DNA from: Truepera sp.
GTDB taxonomy: Bacteria > Deinococcota > Deinococci > Deinococcales > Trueperaceae
Direction of reading: 5' to 3'
DNA length: 64,000 nt
NCBI GenBank assembly: GCA_965218435.1
Contig: CBDCKW010000009.1
Location: 2,880,001-2,944,000 of the forward strand
This document shows, piece after piece, positions 19,773 to 31,937 of this stretch. The translations under genes were made by a program, and so were the position numbers. The notes beneath the pieces are model-generated. The model saw only the letters and a program-made list of their open reading frames with translations. It searched no databases and had not been told where the DNA came from. Each line of letters opens with the position of its first letter. The stretch's first letter is position 1.

Positions 19773-20633
19773 TCAGCGTAGAATCACAAACGTGACAAAG
19801 TAGTACGCGACCGGTACCGCGAAGAGCATCCCGTCAATCCGGTCTAACGCGCCGCCGTGACCGGGCAAAAAGAACCCGGCGTCTTTAACTCCGGCCCAGC
19901 GTTTGATCAATGACTCGAACAGATCGCCAAGCTGCGCCGCGCTCGAGACCAGCACGCTAAAGAGCAGGGTGTCGTCAACGTCTATGTGCAGGCCGTAAAG
20001 CCGCCCGAGACCGTAAGTTGTCAGTGACACGATGACAACCGCGAGCCCGAGACCGCCGAACGCGCCCTCGAGCGTCTTGTTGGGGCTGACCCGCGGCGCG
20101 AGCTTATGTTTGCCGAAGAGCTTGCCGATCACATACGCGCCTACATCGCTGGCAATGATGGCCAAAATAGGGATGACCAGATACCAGAGTCCCTCAACCC
20201 CATTGGGCGTGTACCGCAGGGTAATCGCGTAACCGGCGAGCCACGGAATATAGATATAGCCAAACAAGGTGTAGACAACGCTCTCAACCGAGCGGTCGTT
20301 GGGATGGATGACCTCTAAGCCGATCAGATAGAGTGCCAACAACCCTAAAAGCGCCTCACGCCAGCTCATACCGTCAAATAGGGGTTGCATATCAAAGATG
20401 CCTTGATAGGTCACGGGCAGTGACGCGGGCAGTGTGAGAACCGTGGCGACGTAGAGGCTGCGGCGGCGAATCGGAATCCCGCGCAGGTTCATCAGCACCG
20501 AGTATTCACGTAAAGAAACGAGCGTCAAAATAAGGTAGGCAGGCGCGAGTAGGGGTAAGCCGACCCACATAATCAGCACTGCCGCCAAAAAAGCGAGCAG
20601 CCCGAAGACGACGCGGGTGTAGGGTGGACGCAC
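19773..20633 (-). CDS. cdsA: Phosphatidate cytidylyltransferase
   Basis: SDVGAY...SPNKTLEG...GDLFESLIKRWAGVKDAG...PGHGGALDRID. Confidence 0.95.
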   Translation of the reverse strand: MRPPYTRVVFGLLAFLAAVLIMWVGLPLLAPAYLILTLVSLREYSVLMNLRGIPIRRRSLYVATVLTLPASLPVTYQGIFDMQPLFDGMSWREALLGLLALYLIGLEVIHPNDRSVESVVYTLFGYIYIPWLAGYAITLRYTPNGVEGLWYLVIPILAIIASDVGAYVIGKLFGKHKLAPRVSPNKTLEGAFGGLGLAVVIVSLTTYGLGRLYGLHIDVDDTLLFSVLVSSAAQLGDLFESLIKRWAGVKDAGFFLPGHGGALDRIDGMLFAVPVAYYFVTFVILR

Positions 20634-20932
20634 GCCCCTCAGTATGACCTATTGCGCCGCCGGTAAGGAACAAAATCAGGCTAAGGTCACAGCGTTCTCT
20701 ACAAATAGCTCTTAAAGACAAACCTCCGCCTACGCCCCTGATTTTCTAGACCGCATTGACCTTTGCTTTTACTGTTATAGCTTGAAGTGCTTGAGGGACA
20801 ACATTTTTATCAAAACAGCGGCCCCACATTCTGACTATTGACTTCTGTATTCTTCGTTCTGTATTCCGACTTTCCCCTGCAGCACATAGCAACTGCCACC
20901 AGCTGAACCGTCAACCCGGATATGTCCAGAAT

Positions 20933-20951
20933 TAGTTGCATAATCCAACTA
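20933..20951. promoter_or_regulatory. Candidate MarR operator
   Basis: TAGTTG-cataatc-CAACTA inverted repeat just upstream of the marR-family gene. Confidence 0.55.
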
Positions 20952-20974
20952 CTAGGGTGTACAACTATTGAGTT

Positions 20975-21478
20975 ATGCACGATCCCCCCGAAACACCGCC
21001 CCTACAAACCTCCGCAGCTTCCCGCTTTTTTGTCGCGCACTGGCGTATCGGCCGCGCCGTTCACGAATACGTCAGTCCACTGCTCGAGCAGACCCACGGC
21101 CTCTCATACCGAGATTTTCTCGTCTTAACAGCGGTTATGAGGGAGGTCCATTATCCGACTGAACTCTCTGAAAAGCTCAAGCTTCCCAAAGACACGATAA
21201 GCCGGATTGTCCAAACGCTCCTTCAAGCTGAACTACTGGCGCGAACGATTGACCCGGATGATTCGCGCCGGACTCGCCTGGGGGCAACCCCAAGCGGGCA
21301 AAAGCTGCACGCCGAAGTTAAAAAAAGTATCGAAGGGTTGCTCGAGCCTCTGCTCGAAGGCTTAGGCTGGGCGCAAAGAGAGCAGTTTCTAGGGCTGCTC
21401 GAGACGCTCAGCGACCGCCTTGCTCTGCCTCCAGCCACCTTACAAACGTCCGACCTCAAACCCGTAGGAGAAAGATAA
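20975..21478 (+). CDS. MarR family transcriptional regulator
   Basis: PTELSEKL...ISRIV...[16 protein letters not shown] wing motif. Confidence 0.88.
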   Translation: MHDPPETPPLQTSAASRFFVAHWRIGRAVHEYVSPLLEQTHGLSYRDFLVLTAVMREVHYPTELSEKLKLPKDTISRIVQTLLQAELLARTIDPDDSRRTRLGATPSGQKLHAEVKKSIEGLLEPLLEGLGWAQREQFLGLLETLSDRLALPPATLQTSDLKPVGER

Positions 21479-23379
21479 TGGCTCAACCCACAACACCCCA
21501 AGTTTCAGTAGCCCGACCTGCGTTTACCAAAAGTGAACGCAACCTCACCCTCGGCGCGGTGCTCGTCGTTTTTTTGCTCGGCGCACTCGACAACACGATT
21601 GTCTCGACCGCCATGCCGAGGATTATCGCCGACTTAAACGGTTTGTCGCTCTATACCTGGGTGACGACCGCGTACCTGTTGGCCTCGACGGTGATGGTGC
21701 CGATTTACGGCAAGTTATCCGACATGTACGGCCGCAAACCGATTTTAACCTTCGGCGTGTCGCTCTTTTTAGTCGGCTCGATGCTCTGCGGGCTTGCAGG
21801 TGAGTTCGGCCCCCTGCCGCTGCTCGGTTCGGGGATGACGCAGCTGATTCTCTTCCGGGCGCTCCAAGGCTTGGGCGGCGCGGCGCTGTTTTCGAGCGCC
21901 TTTGCTATCATCGCCGACATCTTTCCCCCCGCCGAACGGGGCCGCTATCAAGGACTTTTCGGCGGTGTGTTCGGCCTCGCGTCGGTTTTAGGCCCGATTA
22001 TCGGCGGCTTTTTTACCGACCACGGCACGGTAACGCTGCTTGGTCACCTGGTCGCGGGGTGGCGCTGGGTCTTTTATGTGAACGTTCCTCTCGGGCTCAT
22101 CGCGCTTTACCTGATCGCCACACAGATGCCGCTCCTTAAAGCGGGTTCGGGCGGCGGCAAGATCGACTTTGCCGGGGCCGGACTTATCTTGAGCGCGTTT
22201 GTGCCGCTGCTTTTAGCCCTGACCTGGGGCGGGTCAACCTACCCGTGGGCTTCGCCGACGATTCTCATTTTGTTTGGCGTTGCGGCACTTTCACTCGTGG
22301 CCTTTGTGGTCGTCGAACTCCGCGTCAAAAATCCGATCTTACCGCTCGAGCTCTTCCGCCTGCCGGTTTTTAGCATCGCCAACGCCGCGTCGTTTATTAT
22401 CAACATCGCGTTCCTGGGCATCATCATGTTTTTGCCGCTCTTTATGCAGCTGGTGTTAGGGATCAGCGCGACCAATTCGGGCTTTACGCTGCTACCGCTG
22501 ATGGCTGGCCTGATCGTCAGTTCGACCCTAACCGGACTTTTAGTCACGCGCACCGGACGTTACAAACCCTTTATGATCTTCGGCGCGCTCGTCTTGCTCG
22601 TCGGCGTCTTTACCCTGACGAGCATCAGCTTGGCAACCACACAGCTCGGTCTCTCGTGGCGGATGGTCATCGTCGGGATCGGCCTCGGTCCGGCACAGAG
22701 CCTCTTTACCCTGGCGATTCAAAACGCCGTACCGCAGGCGCAACTCGGCACTGCGACCGGCGCAAGCCAGTTTTTCCGGCAGATCGGCTCAACCATCGGT
22801 TTAGCGGTGTTCGGCTCACTCTTGACGCTCAGCGTCGGTACGGCGATTCCCAAACATCTGCCGAATATCCCGGCGCTCCAGTCACAAAAGTTTGACATCG
22901 GTGCGCTTCAGGGTGCGGGGGCCGGGGGCGACATCACCAAGAGCATCACCGCAGGGTTTAACCGGCTCTACGCGCAAACCGAGGCGGCAGTAGGCGGCAA
23001 CGCGGCGGCGCGTACGGCGCTCTTAAACAGCACGCAGACCCCGGCCCAGGTCAAAGATTTGGTACAGGCTGCGCCGTCACTCCCAGCCGCCGCGCAGACG
23101 CAAGCACTGGCGCAGCTTAAAGCGGGACTTAATGCACAAGCACAAACGCTGTCGGCGCAGGTCTCGAGCGCCGTCAAACAAGGGTTTGCCGAGAGTATCC
23201 GTCTGCTCTTCTGGGTCAGCTTGGGGATTATTGCAGTCGGCGCACTGATCATCTTCTTTATCCCCGAACTGCCGCTTCGCAAAGGGATTCCAGACGAAAG
23301 CGCCCTTCAAGAAGCCGTCCCGCAAAATGCCGGCGCGATTGGTGAACCTGCGTTCGTGGCAGGTACCACGCCTAAGTAA
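21478..23379 (+). CDS. DHA2 (14-TMS) MFS multidrug efflux transporter
   Basis: [21 protein letters not shown] and [10 protein letters not shown] motifs. Coupled to marR by a TAATG overlap. Confidence 0.93.
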   Translation: MAQPTTPQVSVARPAFTKSERNLTLGAVLVVFLLGALDNTIVSTAMPRIIADLNGLSLYTWVTTAYLLASTVMVPIYGKLSDMYGRKPILTFGVSLFLVGSMLCGLAGEFGPLPLLGSGMTQLILFRALQGLGGAALFSSAFAIIADIFPPAERGRYQGLFGGVFGLASVLGPIIGGFFTDHGTVTLLGHLVAGWRWVFYVNVPLGLIALYLIATQMPLLKAGSGGGKIDFAGAGLILSAFVPLLLALTWGGSTYPWASPTILILFGVAALSLVAFVVVELRVKNPILPLELFRLPVFSIANAASFIINIAFLGIIMFLPLFMQLVLGISATNSGFTLLPLMAGLIVSSTLTGLLVTRTGRYKPFMIFGALVLLVGVFTLTSISLATTQLGLSWRMVIVGIGLGPAQSLFTLAIQNAVPQAQLGTATGASQFFRQIGSTIGLAVFGSLLTLSVGTAIPKHLPNIPALQSQKFDIGALQGAGAGGDITKSITAGFNRLYAQTEAAVGGNAAARTALLNSTQTPAQVKDLVQAAPSLPAAAQTQALAQLKAGLNAQAQTLSAQVSSAVKQGFAESIRLLFWVSLGIIAVGALIIFFIPELPLRKGIPDESALQEAVPQNAGAIGEPAFVAGTTPK

Positions 23380-23440
23380 CGCGCTGGGCACAACTCGTCT
23401 ACTCAAGTCTGCTCACCACCCAGCCTATTCATAGCTAACG

Positions 23441-23476
23441 ACGCGCTCCTGCTGGACTCAGCCGGGAGCGCGTTTT
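23441..23476 (+). terminator. Intrinsic terminator
   Basis: ACGCGCTCC...GGAGCGCGT stem followed by TTT. Confidence 0.7.
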
Positions 23477-23637
23477 GTAAACGTAGCAAACACCCGACAC
23501 GTTTACCTCGAGCAAAACCGCCGCCATACCAAAAGCAGTTCAAGCGGCCTATTCGGTGACCCTACGACGTATAGACGAGACTGTAACGTCAAGTCAGCAA
23601 AACTGTTGTATGGTGACCCAAAGATTAGGAGATTTAG

Positions 23638-24552
23638 GTGGCCAATCCCTCAGGCAGTGTGGCAGCAGTTTACGGTGCGATGGGCGCAAACTTTATTATC
23701 GCCGTGACCAAGTTTGTCGCGGCGTTTTTAACAGGCAGTTCGGCGATGCTTTCAGAAGGCATTCATTCGCTCGTTGACACCGGCAATCAGCTCCTTATCT
23801 TGCTGGGTATTCGCAACAGTCAACGGCCCGCCGACGCAACCCACCCTTTTGGATACGGCAAAGAACTTTATTTCTGGAGCCTGATTGTCGCCATGCTGCT
23901 TTTTGGTCTAGGCGGCGGCATGTCGTTTTACGAGGGTATCCGTCACCTGCGTCATCCGAGCGGCCTCGAGGATCCGACCTGGAATTACGTCGTCCTGGTC
24001 GTTGCTGCTGTGGTCGAGAGTTTCGCTTGGACCATCGCCTTTAGAGAGCTGCGTAAAACTCAGGGTCAACGCACGTTTTGGCGAACGCTCAGGGCGAGTA
24101 AAGACCCGGCCGTCTACACCGTGCTGGCAGAAGACACGGCCGCGCTCCTCGGACTGTTCGTGGCGTTTATCGGTATCTTTCTCGGCCACCGCTTTAACAA
24201 TCCCTACCTTGACGGCGTGGCGTCGGTGGTGATCGGCCTGATTCTGGCTGCCGTCGCTGTTTTTCTAGCCTATGAGAGCAAGGGGTTACTGGTAGGAGAA
24301 AGCGCCGACTTAGACGTAACCCAGAATATTCAGGCGCTCGCCGAAGCTGAACCGGGCGTTGAACGCGTTGGCCCGCCGCTAACCATGCACTTTGGCCCCG
24401 AGCAGGTGCTGCTTAACCTCGAGGTGCAGTTTCAGCACAACTTACCCGCCGCTGAAGTGATGCTCACCGTTGACCGTATCGAGCAGGCCATTCGCAGCGC
24501 ACACCCCGAGATCAAACGGATTTTTATCGAAGCGGAGGCGCTTAAAACTTAG
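23638..24552 (+). CDS. Cation diffusion facilitator family transporter
   Basis: SEGIHSLVD, HPFGYGKE and EDTAAL motifs. Confidence 0.92.
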   Translation: MANPSGSVAAVYGAMGANFIIAVTKFVAAFLTGSSAMLSEGIHSLVDTGNQLLILLGIRNSQRPADATHPFGYGKELYFWSLIVAMLLFGLGGGMSFYEGIRHLRHPSGLEDPTWNYVVLVVAAVVESFAWTIAFRELRKTQGQRTFWRTLRASKDPAVYTVLAEDTAALLGLFVAFIGIFLGHRFNNPYLDGVASVVIGLILAAVAVFLAYESKGLLVGESADLDVTQNIQALAEAEPGVERVGPPLTMHFGPEQVLLNLEVQFQHNLPAAEVMLTVDRIEQAIRSAHPEIKRIFIEAEALKT

Positions 24553-24572
24553 CCCGAAACTTGGCCTAAGTT

Positions 24573-25313
24573 TTAGGCCAAGTGCTGGCATATGAGCCCC
24601 ATGCTGCCGCCTTCCTCATGGTGCCACAGCGTGTTGAAACCTGCTTCTCTAAGTTCTTTGATCAAGCTTTGCGGTTTAAGGTGTCTACGGTTTGGAAAGT
24701 ACCAACTACCGGAAAGTTCCACAGCATCCTCAAAGCCTTCGTCAGGCTCGAGCTCGGTATAGACTATCCCGGTCTCTTTATCAACTACTTGGTCGCCGTA
24801 GTCCCTTTCTTCGGCAAATATGGCGGTGCCGATGAGGTAATAGCCTTTGGGCTCGAGCCCCGAACGCACCGCCGAAAACACCTTCCCTCTATCTGAGTCG
24901 GTGACAATACATTGGAGGCAAAAACTGTCAACGATAAGGTCGTAAGCGTGACCCACTGAGCGCAAATTGCAAATATCTGCAACCGCGTAGGTAATGTCAA
25001 GGCGGCGCTCGGCAGCGAACTGCTTCGCCATGTCAACGGCGACGGGAGAGATGTCAATACCGTCCACCCGGAAACCTCTCGCTGCCAGGAAACACGCGCC
25101 CGGCCCTGTACCGCACCCGTATTCCAGAGTTCGCGGCTGGGGAACGGAAAAATTCAGCAGCGGCAGCGCCCGCTCAAAAATAGGGCGCATGGCAAAGTCG
25201 TCGAAACCGGACAGACCGTGCAACTCGTCCCAGTTCGTTTTACCTTCTGCTCTGATTTTTCGGTAGCCTGCTTCGTGTTCTTTGACGTAATACTTGGCCA
25301 TGTCCCTAAACAT
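24573..25313 (-). CDS. Class I SAM-dependent methyltransferase
   Basis: LEYGCGTG and GIDIS motifs. Confidence 0.88.
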   Translation of the reverse strand: MFRDMAKYYVKEHEAGYRKIRAEGKTNWDELHGLSGFDDFAMRPIFERALPLLNFSVPQPRTLEYGCGTGPGACFLAARGFRVDGIDISPVAVDMAKQFAAERRLDITYAVADICNLRSVGHAYDLIVDSFCLQCIVTDSDRGKVFSAVRSGLEPKGYYLIGTAIFAEERDYGDQVVDKETGIVYTELEPDEGFEDAVELSGSWYFPNRRHLKPQSLIKELREAGFNTLWHHEEGGSMGLICQHLA

Positions 25314-25393
25314 AATCCATGACCAAGTTGTGTGCAGCGAAAAGCTATGTGAAGCTATTGAGCGGTCTTAATTAAATCGTTTGAAGACGAGAG

Positions 25394-25957
25394 CTACACC
25401 GCCATGATGTCTTCTTCTTTGGCCTTGACCCGCTGGTCAATCGCTGCGACAAAGCTGTCGGTGATCTTTTGCACTTCACTTTCGCCCTGCCGCACATCGT
25501 CTTCGGTTAAGAGGTTTTCTTTGCGGTACTCTTTAAGTTCATCGTTGGCGTCGCGGCGCTGGTTGCGCAGGGCGACTTTGGCCTCTTCCGCCATGTTTTT
25601 GACCTGTTTAACGAGCGCGCGGCGGCGCTCGTCGTTGAGCGCCGGCACGCTGATAAAGATATTGTCACCACGGTTGTTCGGGTTAAAACCCAGGTCGCTC
25701 TCGGTGATAGCGCGTTCAATCTCGCGGATGGCACTCTTGTCAAACGGCGTAATCAGCAGCGTGCGGGCGTCGGGGCTCGAGACCGTCGCCAGCTGATTTA
25801 AGGGTGTGCTCGCGCCGTAGTAGTCCACCTGCACCCGGTTCAAGACCGCTGGGTTCGCGCGGCCTGTGCGCACCATGCCGACATTGTTGCCAAACGCCTC
25901 GAGCGTCTTTTCCATCCCCGCCCGTAGCCCTGAAGTGATGCTTCCTAGTTCGCTCAT
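25394..25957 (-). CDS. frr: Ribosome recycling factor
   Basis: VRTGRANP...DLGFNP...ALRNQRRDAN, plus synteny with pyrH. Confidence 0.97.
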   Translation of the reverse strand: MSELGSITSGLRAGMEKTLEAFGNNVGMVRTGRANPAVLNRVQVDYYGASTPLNQLATVSSPDARTLLITPFDKSAIREIERAITESDLGFNPNNRGDNIFISVPALNDERRRALVKQVKNMAEEAKVALRNQRRDANDELKEYRKENLLTEDDVRQGESEVQKITDSFVAAIDQRVKAKEEDIMAV

Positions 25958-25993
25958 GTCCTCTCCTTTAGCTTGACCTAATTTTAACTTGAC

Positions 25994-27314
<1,321 letters not shown>

Positions 27315-27417
27315 TGGTTTTCCTTTCAGGGCGCTGCGTCCCCATAGATTTTAGGGATGGGTAGGCAGCGTACAGGCGAGACCCTAAGGCCCCGCCAGAG
27401 TTCGGGGTTAAGCGTAT

Positions 27418-28239
27418 TTAATCGTCAGAGGGTCCGGAACCGCGCTGCGCAGCTTCGGTAATCGTACGTTCAGGTGACGAAAGCGGGGTCGGAATCGTCT
27501 GGCGCACCTCTTCATCGGAAACAGCTGTAGCTTCACTCGGCGCAGGTGCGTCCGCTGCGCCGCCGCGTACTTCGACGATAGTGTCGGCGAGCCGCGCCGT
27601 CACCAGCTGAATCGAACGAATCGCGTCGTCGTTACCGGGAACGATGTAGTCGAGCACATCTGGATCGGAATCGGTATCGGCTAAAGCCACAACCGGAATC
27701 CCGAGCTTGTTCGCCTCGCGTACCGCAATCGCCTCTTTGGTCGGGTCAACGACGAAGAGCACGTCAGGCAAACGGGTCATATCTTTGATACCGCCCAGGT
27801 AACGCTGCAAGCGTTGCAACTCTTTACCGAGGTCAATCTGCTCTTTTTTACCGTAGCGGAGAATGGATTCGTCTTCAAACATCGCTTCTAACTGCTTGAG
27901 CCGTTCGACGCGGGCGCGGATCGTTTTGAAGTTGGTCAAGGTGCCGCCCAACCAGCGTTCGTTTAAGTACGGCATTCCGGCGCGTTTCGCTTCGGCTGCG
28001 AGGATTTCCTGCGCCTGCTTTTTGGTGCCGACGAAGAGAATCGTACCGCCACGGGCCGCAGTATTTTTTAGGTATTCAAATGCCTTGTCCGACTCGACCA
28101 ACGTTTTTTGCAAGTCAATAATAAAGATTCCGTTGCGTTCGGCGAAGATGTAACGCTTGAACTTCGGGTTCCACCGTTTGGTCTCGTGACCGAAGTGAAC
28201 CCCGGCCTCTAACAGTTGTTTCATTCCTAGATACGGCAT
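27418..28239 (-). CDS. rpsB: 30S ribosomal protein S2
   Basis: [18 protein letters not shown] and [10 protein letters not shown] motifs. Confidence 0.98.
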   Translation of the reverse strand: MPYLGMKQLLEAGVHFGHETKRWNPKFKRYIFAERNGIFIIDLQKTLVESDKAFEYLKNTAARGGTILFVGTKKQAQEILAAEAKRAGMPYLNERWLGGTLTNFKTIRARVERLKQLEAMFEDESILRYGKKEQIDLGKELQRLQRYLGGIKDMTRLPDVLFVVDPTKEAIAVREANKLGIPVVALADTDSDPDVLDYIVPGNDDAIRSIQLVTARLADTIVEVRGGAADAPAPSEATAVSDEEVRQTIPTPLSSPERTITEAAQRGSGPSDD

Positions 28240-28345
28240 ATGCCTCCAAAGCGGGACGTTAAGGGAAAATTGGTTACAAAGTCAGGCGTAAAGCAGACAT
28301 CCCGCTGCTGCTTCGGCCCTCTGAAAACCCGTTAGGGGTGTTGCC
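28240..28345 (-). promoter_or_regulatory. Putative rpsB (S2) autoregulatory leader
   Basis: Minus-strand leader with a long-range GCGGGA(T)G...CGTCCCGC stem immediately 5' of the GGAGG Shine-Dalgarno. The position matches known S2 leaders. Confidence 0.55.
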
Positions 28346-28350
28346 TATAC

Positions 28351-29460
28351 CTACTGCCGTGCGCTCAGCGCGTCTTGCGCCGGGGTGTAACTGGGGTCTA
28401 ACTCGAGCGCCCGCTGATAAGAGTCGGCGGCTTTTTCACTGTCGGACTTGCCGTCACTCGCAGTTTCGCCGCGCGCCGCGTACGCTTGGCCGAGCCAGTA
28501 GTACGCTTCGGCGTTGGCGGGGGGCAAGAGCGCCCCTTTGGTCGCCTGGGTGACCGCGCTGCTGTCGTCGCCAGCCTCGAGGTCAATCCGCGCTAGATAA
28601 GTATACGCCGGGGCGAACGCCGTCGGCTCTAACGCGACGACCTTTTCAAAGTACGGCCGCGCCGCTTCAAAATCTTGGCAGTCAAAGTGCGCGATCCCTA
28701 AGTTTAGGTTGACCGCCGCCTCGTTGGGGGCGAGCGTCGCAGCTTGTTCTAACTCAAACACCGCGTCGTCGCAGCGGTCTCCGAGCAGGTAAGCCTGACC
28801 GAGTTGATTATGCCCGAGCGCGTTTTCAGGCTCGAGCGAAACCGCCCGCCGGAGCGTCCTAATCGCCGCTTCGGTGTCGCCTAACTGTACATATACAAGC
28901 CCCAAGTTGCGCTGATAGTCAGCGACCTTGGGAGCGAGCTGAGTCGCCTGCTCGAGCGCACCTTGCGCCCGCTGCAGATTACCCTGCCGGTAATAGATAA
29001 CGCCGCGCAGGTTGGTCACCGCCGCTGCGTCCGCACCCTGCGCGTCGGCTTGGTCGAGCACGTTGAGCGCGTCCGCGAGCCGCCCCTGATGCGTCGCTGG
29101 GTCCGCTTTGTACTGCTGCAGATACGCCTCGGCCAGCTGCGTATAAACCCCCGGCGTGTTGGGCGTTAGTTTGGCGACTTGCTCGAGGGCGCGGATACCC
29201 TCGTCAAACGAGCCTTCGCAGACCAACGCCCGCCCTTTACCCGAGAGCGCCTCCTGATTTTTAGGCTCACGCTCTAACACCTGTTGAAACAAGTAGCGCG
29301 ACGAAAAGCACTCACCACGTTCAAAAAGTGCTTTGCCGTAGCGGAGCAGTTCAGGGGTCGAGCGTTCGGCAATGTCTTGCGCCGCACCTAGCGGTAGCAG
29401 ACAAAAGAGCCCTACGAGCGCCACAACTACGTGGGACACGCCCATCCGAGATACGGTCAC
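28351..29460 (-). CDS. Exported tetratricopeptide repeat protein
   Basis: Signal peptide and about 8 TPR-like repeats (e.g. AYYWLGQAY, ALELDP). Confidence 0.88.
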   Translation of the reverse strand: MTVSRMGVSHVVVALVGLFCLLPLGAAQDIAERSTPELLRYGKALFERGECFSSRYLFQQVLEREPKNQEALSGKGRALVCEGSFDEGIRALEQVAKLTPNTPGVYTQLAEAYLQQYKADPATHQGRLADALNVLDQADAQGADAAAVTNLRGVIYYRQGNLQRAQGALEQATQLAPKVADYQRNLGLVYVQLGDTEAAIRTLRRAVSLEPENALGHNQLGQAYLLGDRCDDAVFELEQAATLAPNEAAVNLNLGIAHFDCQDFEAARPYFEKVVALEPTAFAPAYTYLARIDLEAGDDSSAVTQATKGALLPPANAEAYYWLGQAYAARGETASDGKSDSEKAADSYQRALELDPSYTPAQDALSARQ

Positions 29461-29724
29461 AACATCCTCTTAGCTGAGGTTATAGTTTGGTAGATACTTA
29501 CGCAGATACTCACAACGCCTCCACACGTCAAACCTGTGCATTCTAACAGTCTGGGTTTTAATAGTCGAGGCTTCAGCAGTTTAAGCGCAGCAAAACGAGC
29601 TGCAGATAGTGCAGATACTATGGGAATTACTGTGGGAATACAGACAACCATAGAGGTATCATGACGATACAGCGTGAGAGAGCCGTGTGCAGGTGACCCA
29701 AAACGCTTAGTGTTCGAGGCAAGT

Positions 29725-30414
29725 CTAGGGTAGATAGCTCCGCGCCCGCACAAAACGCCCGCGAAACTGAAACGCCTCGGCGAACTTGACCCCGGCTTCA
29801 ATACCGCGCATCGTCAGGTTGCGCTTAAACCATTCCGGGTTAGCCTCCCAACCGTAAAAGTCGCGGTAGTAAGCGAAGATGCGTTCGCTCACTTCGGCGT
29901 ACTCCGACACATCAACGTGCAGCGTCGGGTACGCCGAGCCCGCCGACGGGTACTGATAAAACCGTACCGGTTTGCGGTGGGGCTCGAGCCGTTCTTCTAA
30001 CTCCTCATTGATAATTTTCGGAATCCGCGCCAGCGTAATCGCGTCGAAGGCGATTTTGGCGCTCATCCGGTGGTCGGGGTGCGCGTGGTCGTCGCTCCAG
30101 CTGATTACGGCGTCGGGCTTAAAAGTGGCGTAGAGGCGGGCTAGCCCCAACCCTTCACTACGGCTCCCGGTCATCCTCGAGTCGCCCATATCGAAAAACG
30201 TATACGACGCCCCGATTTGCTCAGCGACCCAGCCGCCGTGTTCTTGCCGGACGCGGCGCACCTCGGCGTGTTCGGTGTCGCCGAACTGACTCGCTAGTTC
30301 ACCGTGGGTCGTCCAGACGAGCATCACGTTGTCGCCACGCGCCGCGTGTTTAGCCAAAGTACCGACACAACCGAGTTCATCGTCAGGGTGAGCAAAAACA
30401 GCCATGAGGTTCAT
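29725..30414 (-). CDS. PIG-L family deacetylase
   Basis: AHPDDE and HPDH motifs. Confidence 0.9.
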   Translation of the reverse strand: MNLMAVFAHPDDELGCVGTLAKHAARGDNVMLVWTTHGELASQFGDTEHAEVRRVRQEHGGWVAEQIGASYTFFDMGDSRMTGSRSEGLGLARLYATFKPDAVISWSDDHAHPDHRMSAKIAFDAITLARIPKIINEELEERLEPHRKPVRFYQYPSAGSAYPTLHVDVSEYAEVSERIFAYYRDFYGWEANPEWFKRNLTMRGIEAGVKFAEAFQFRGRFVRARSYLP

Positions 30415-30595
30415 AGGGGTATCTTACCGAGCAGGTTCGGAGGGTACGTCTCGGTGAGTACAGGCGGTCGTGCGAAAAACGTAGCTAAGGTCGTCGTAGT
30501 TGGTTTTTTATTTTACGAAACTGCGCACTACCCACTTGATCGGACTCGAGAAGCCTAAAATAAGACCGCTACTCAAGTACACAGCTTGACCCCTC

Positions 30596-30637
30596 TTGAC
30601 AGCTCTTGAGATTAAGACTACATTTGTCTGTACAAAT
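30596..30637 (+). promoter_or_regulatory. Sigma70 promoter with overlapping palindrome upstream of the GH76 gene
   Basis: TTGACA-N17-TACATT, with ATTTGT-ctgt-ACAAAT overlapping the -10/+1 region. Confidence 0.6.
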
Positions 30638-30731
30638 AAAAGGGGCTTATTCGTCCGCTAAGCCGGTACAAAAATGTGTCATGAATATCGCGCTATTTCT
30701 GTGCCAACGCCCTCGAGCCTAAAGGAGAGAC

Positions 30732-31871
30732 GTGATGAAGCGAAATATGACGTGGCAATTGGCAGGTTTGTGCCTTTTTAGTCTAGTGGTCGTCAGCTGC
30801 GCCAACCTTCAAGATGCCCCCGAGGTAGCCCCGCAAGCGGCAGGCAAAAAACACAACCTCGAGCGCGCGACGCTGGCTTATAACGCGTTGCAGAGGTATT
30901 TTCTAACCGACCAAGGGTTATACTTAGAGGAGTACCCCAACACCTCTGAGAACGCCTACTCGTATGTCTGGCCCTTTTCGCAAGCCCTGAGCGCCACCGC
31001 TGATATGACGAACTTGAGTTCACGGTATCAGGATGATCTAACACGCAGTTTGGACGCGCTCGAGCTCTACTGGAACGACACGACAACGCCCCCCGGCTAC
31101 GACTCTTACGTGCGCCCGCCCCTCGGTCAAGGCGGCGACAAGTTCTACGACGATAATGAGTGGCTTGGACTCGAGTTTTTACGGCTTTATAACACGACTA
31201 AAAACGACGCTTACCTGAGCAAAGCCAAAGAGATTTTTGAGCTGATCGTTTACGGCTGGGACGACGACAACTCGCATCCCTGCCCCGGCGGAGTGTTCTG
31301 GACGCAAGCTCCCTGGAGCCAAGACCGCAACACCATCTCCAACGCACCGGGGGCGCAGATCGGGGCGCAGCTCTACGAGCTTACCGGCAAAGCCCGTTAC
31401 TTAGACTGGGCCAAACGCATGGTGAGCTGGGTTGACGGCTGTATGCTCGCGCCGAACGGTCTTTATTGGGACAACATCAAACTCGATGGGTCAATTGACA
31501 AAACCCAGTGGAGCTATAACCAGGGTATGATGATCGGCGCGAAAACGCTTCTCTACCGGGCTACCGGTGAACGAAGCTATCTGCAGCAGGCCCAGGAAAT
31601 CGCTACGGCGGCGCTCGAGTACTACGGCAACGTCGGCCGCTACTACACGCAGCCTGCCCGCTTTAACGCCATCTTTTTCAAAAACCTTTTGCTGCTAGAC
31701 GCCGAAGCGCCCAACCCCCGTTACCGCAAAGCCGTGCAACGCTACGCTAACGAGGTCTGGTACGGTGCCCGCGAGCCGCAGACGAACCTGTTCAAATTTG
31801 AAACCTATAAACCGGTAACGCTCTTAGAGCAGGCGGCGATGGTGCAAATTTACGCGGCGCTGGCAAAATAG
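30732..31871 (+). CDS. Glycoside hydrolase family 76 lipoprotein
   Basis: Lipobox VVS-C; FYDDNEW, GGVFW, WSYNQG and FNAIFFKNL motifs. Confidence 0.88.
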   Translation: MMKRNMTWQLAGLCLFSLVVVSCANLQDAPEVAPQAAGKKHNLERATLAYNALQRYFLTDQGLYLEEYPNTSENAYSYVWPFSQALSATADMTNLSSRYQDDLTRSLDALELYWNDTTTPPGYDSYVRPPLGQGGDKFYDDNEWLGLEFLRLYNTTKNDAYLSKAKEIFELIVYGWDDDNSHPCPGGVFWTQAPWSQDRNTISNAPGAQIGAQLYELTGKARYLDWAKRMVSWVDGCMLAPNGLYWDNIKLDGSIDKTQWSYNQGMMIGAKTLLYRATGERSYLQQAQEIATAALEYYGNVGRYYTQPARFNAIFFKNLLLLDAEAPNPRYRKAVQRYANEVWYGAREPQTNLFKFETYKPVTLLEQAAMVQIYAALAK

Positions 31872-31899
31872 GCTTTAGCTGAGTTGCAACGAACCCACG

Positions 31900-31932
31900 C
31901 CGTAAAAGTACCGTAAAAACACCGTAAAAGCT
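31900..31932. repeat. Three tandem 11-bp repeats
   Basis: CCGTAAAAGTA / CCGTAAAAACA / CCGTAAAAGCT. Confidence 0.85.
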
Positions 31933-31937
31933 TCTGT

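Noticed and set aside
29461..29724. Short imperfect repeats (GCAGATA, TGGGAAT) and the 114-aa ORF in the TPR/PIG-L gap
   Set aside because: The repeats are short and irregular. The ORF overlaps the PIG-L gene and has no recognisable features.
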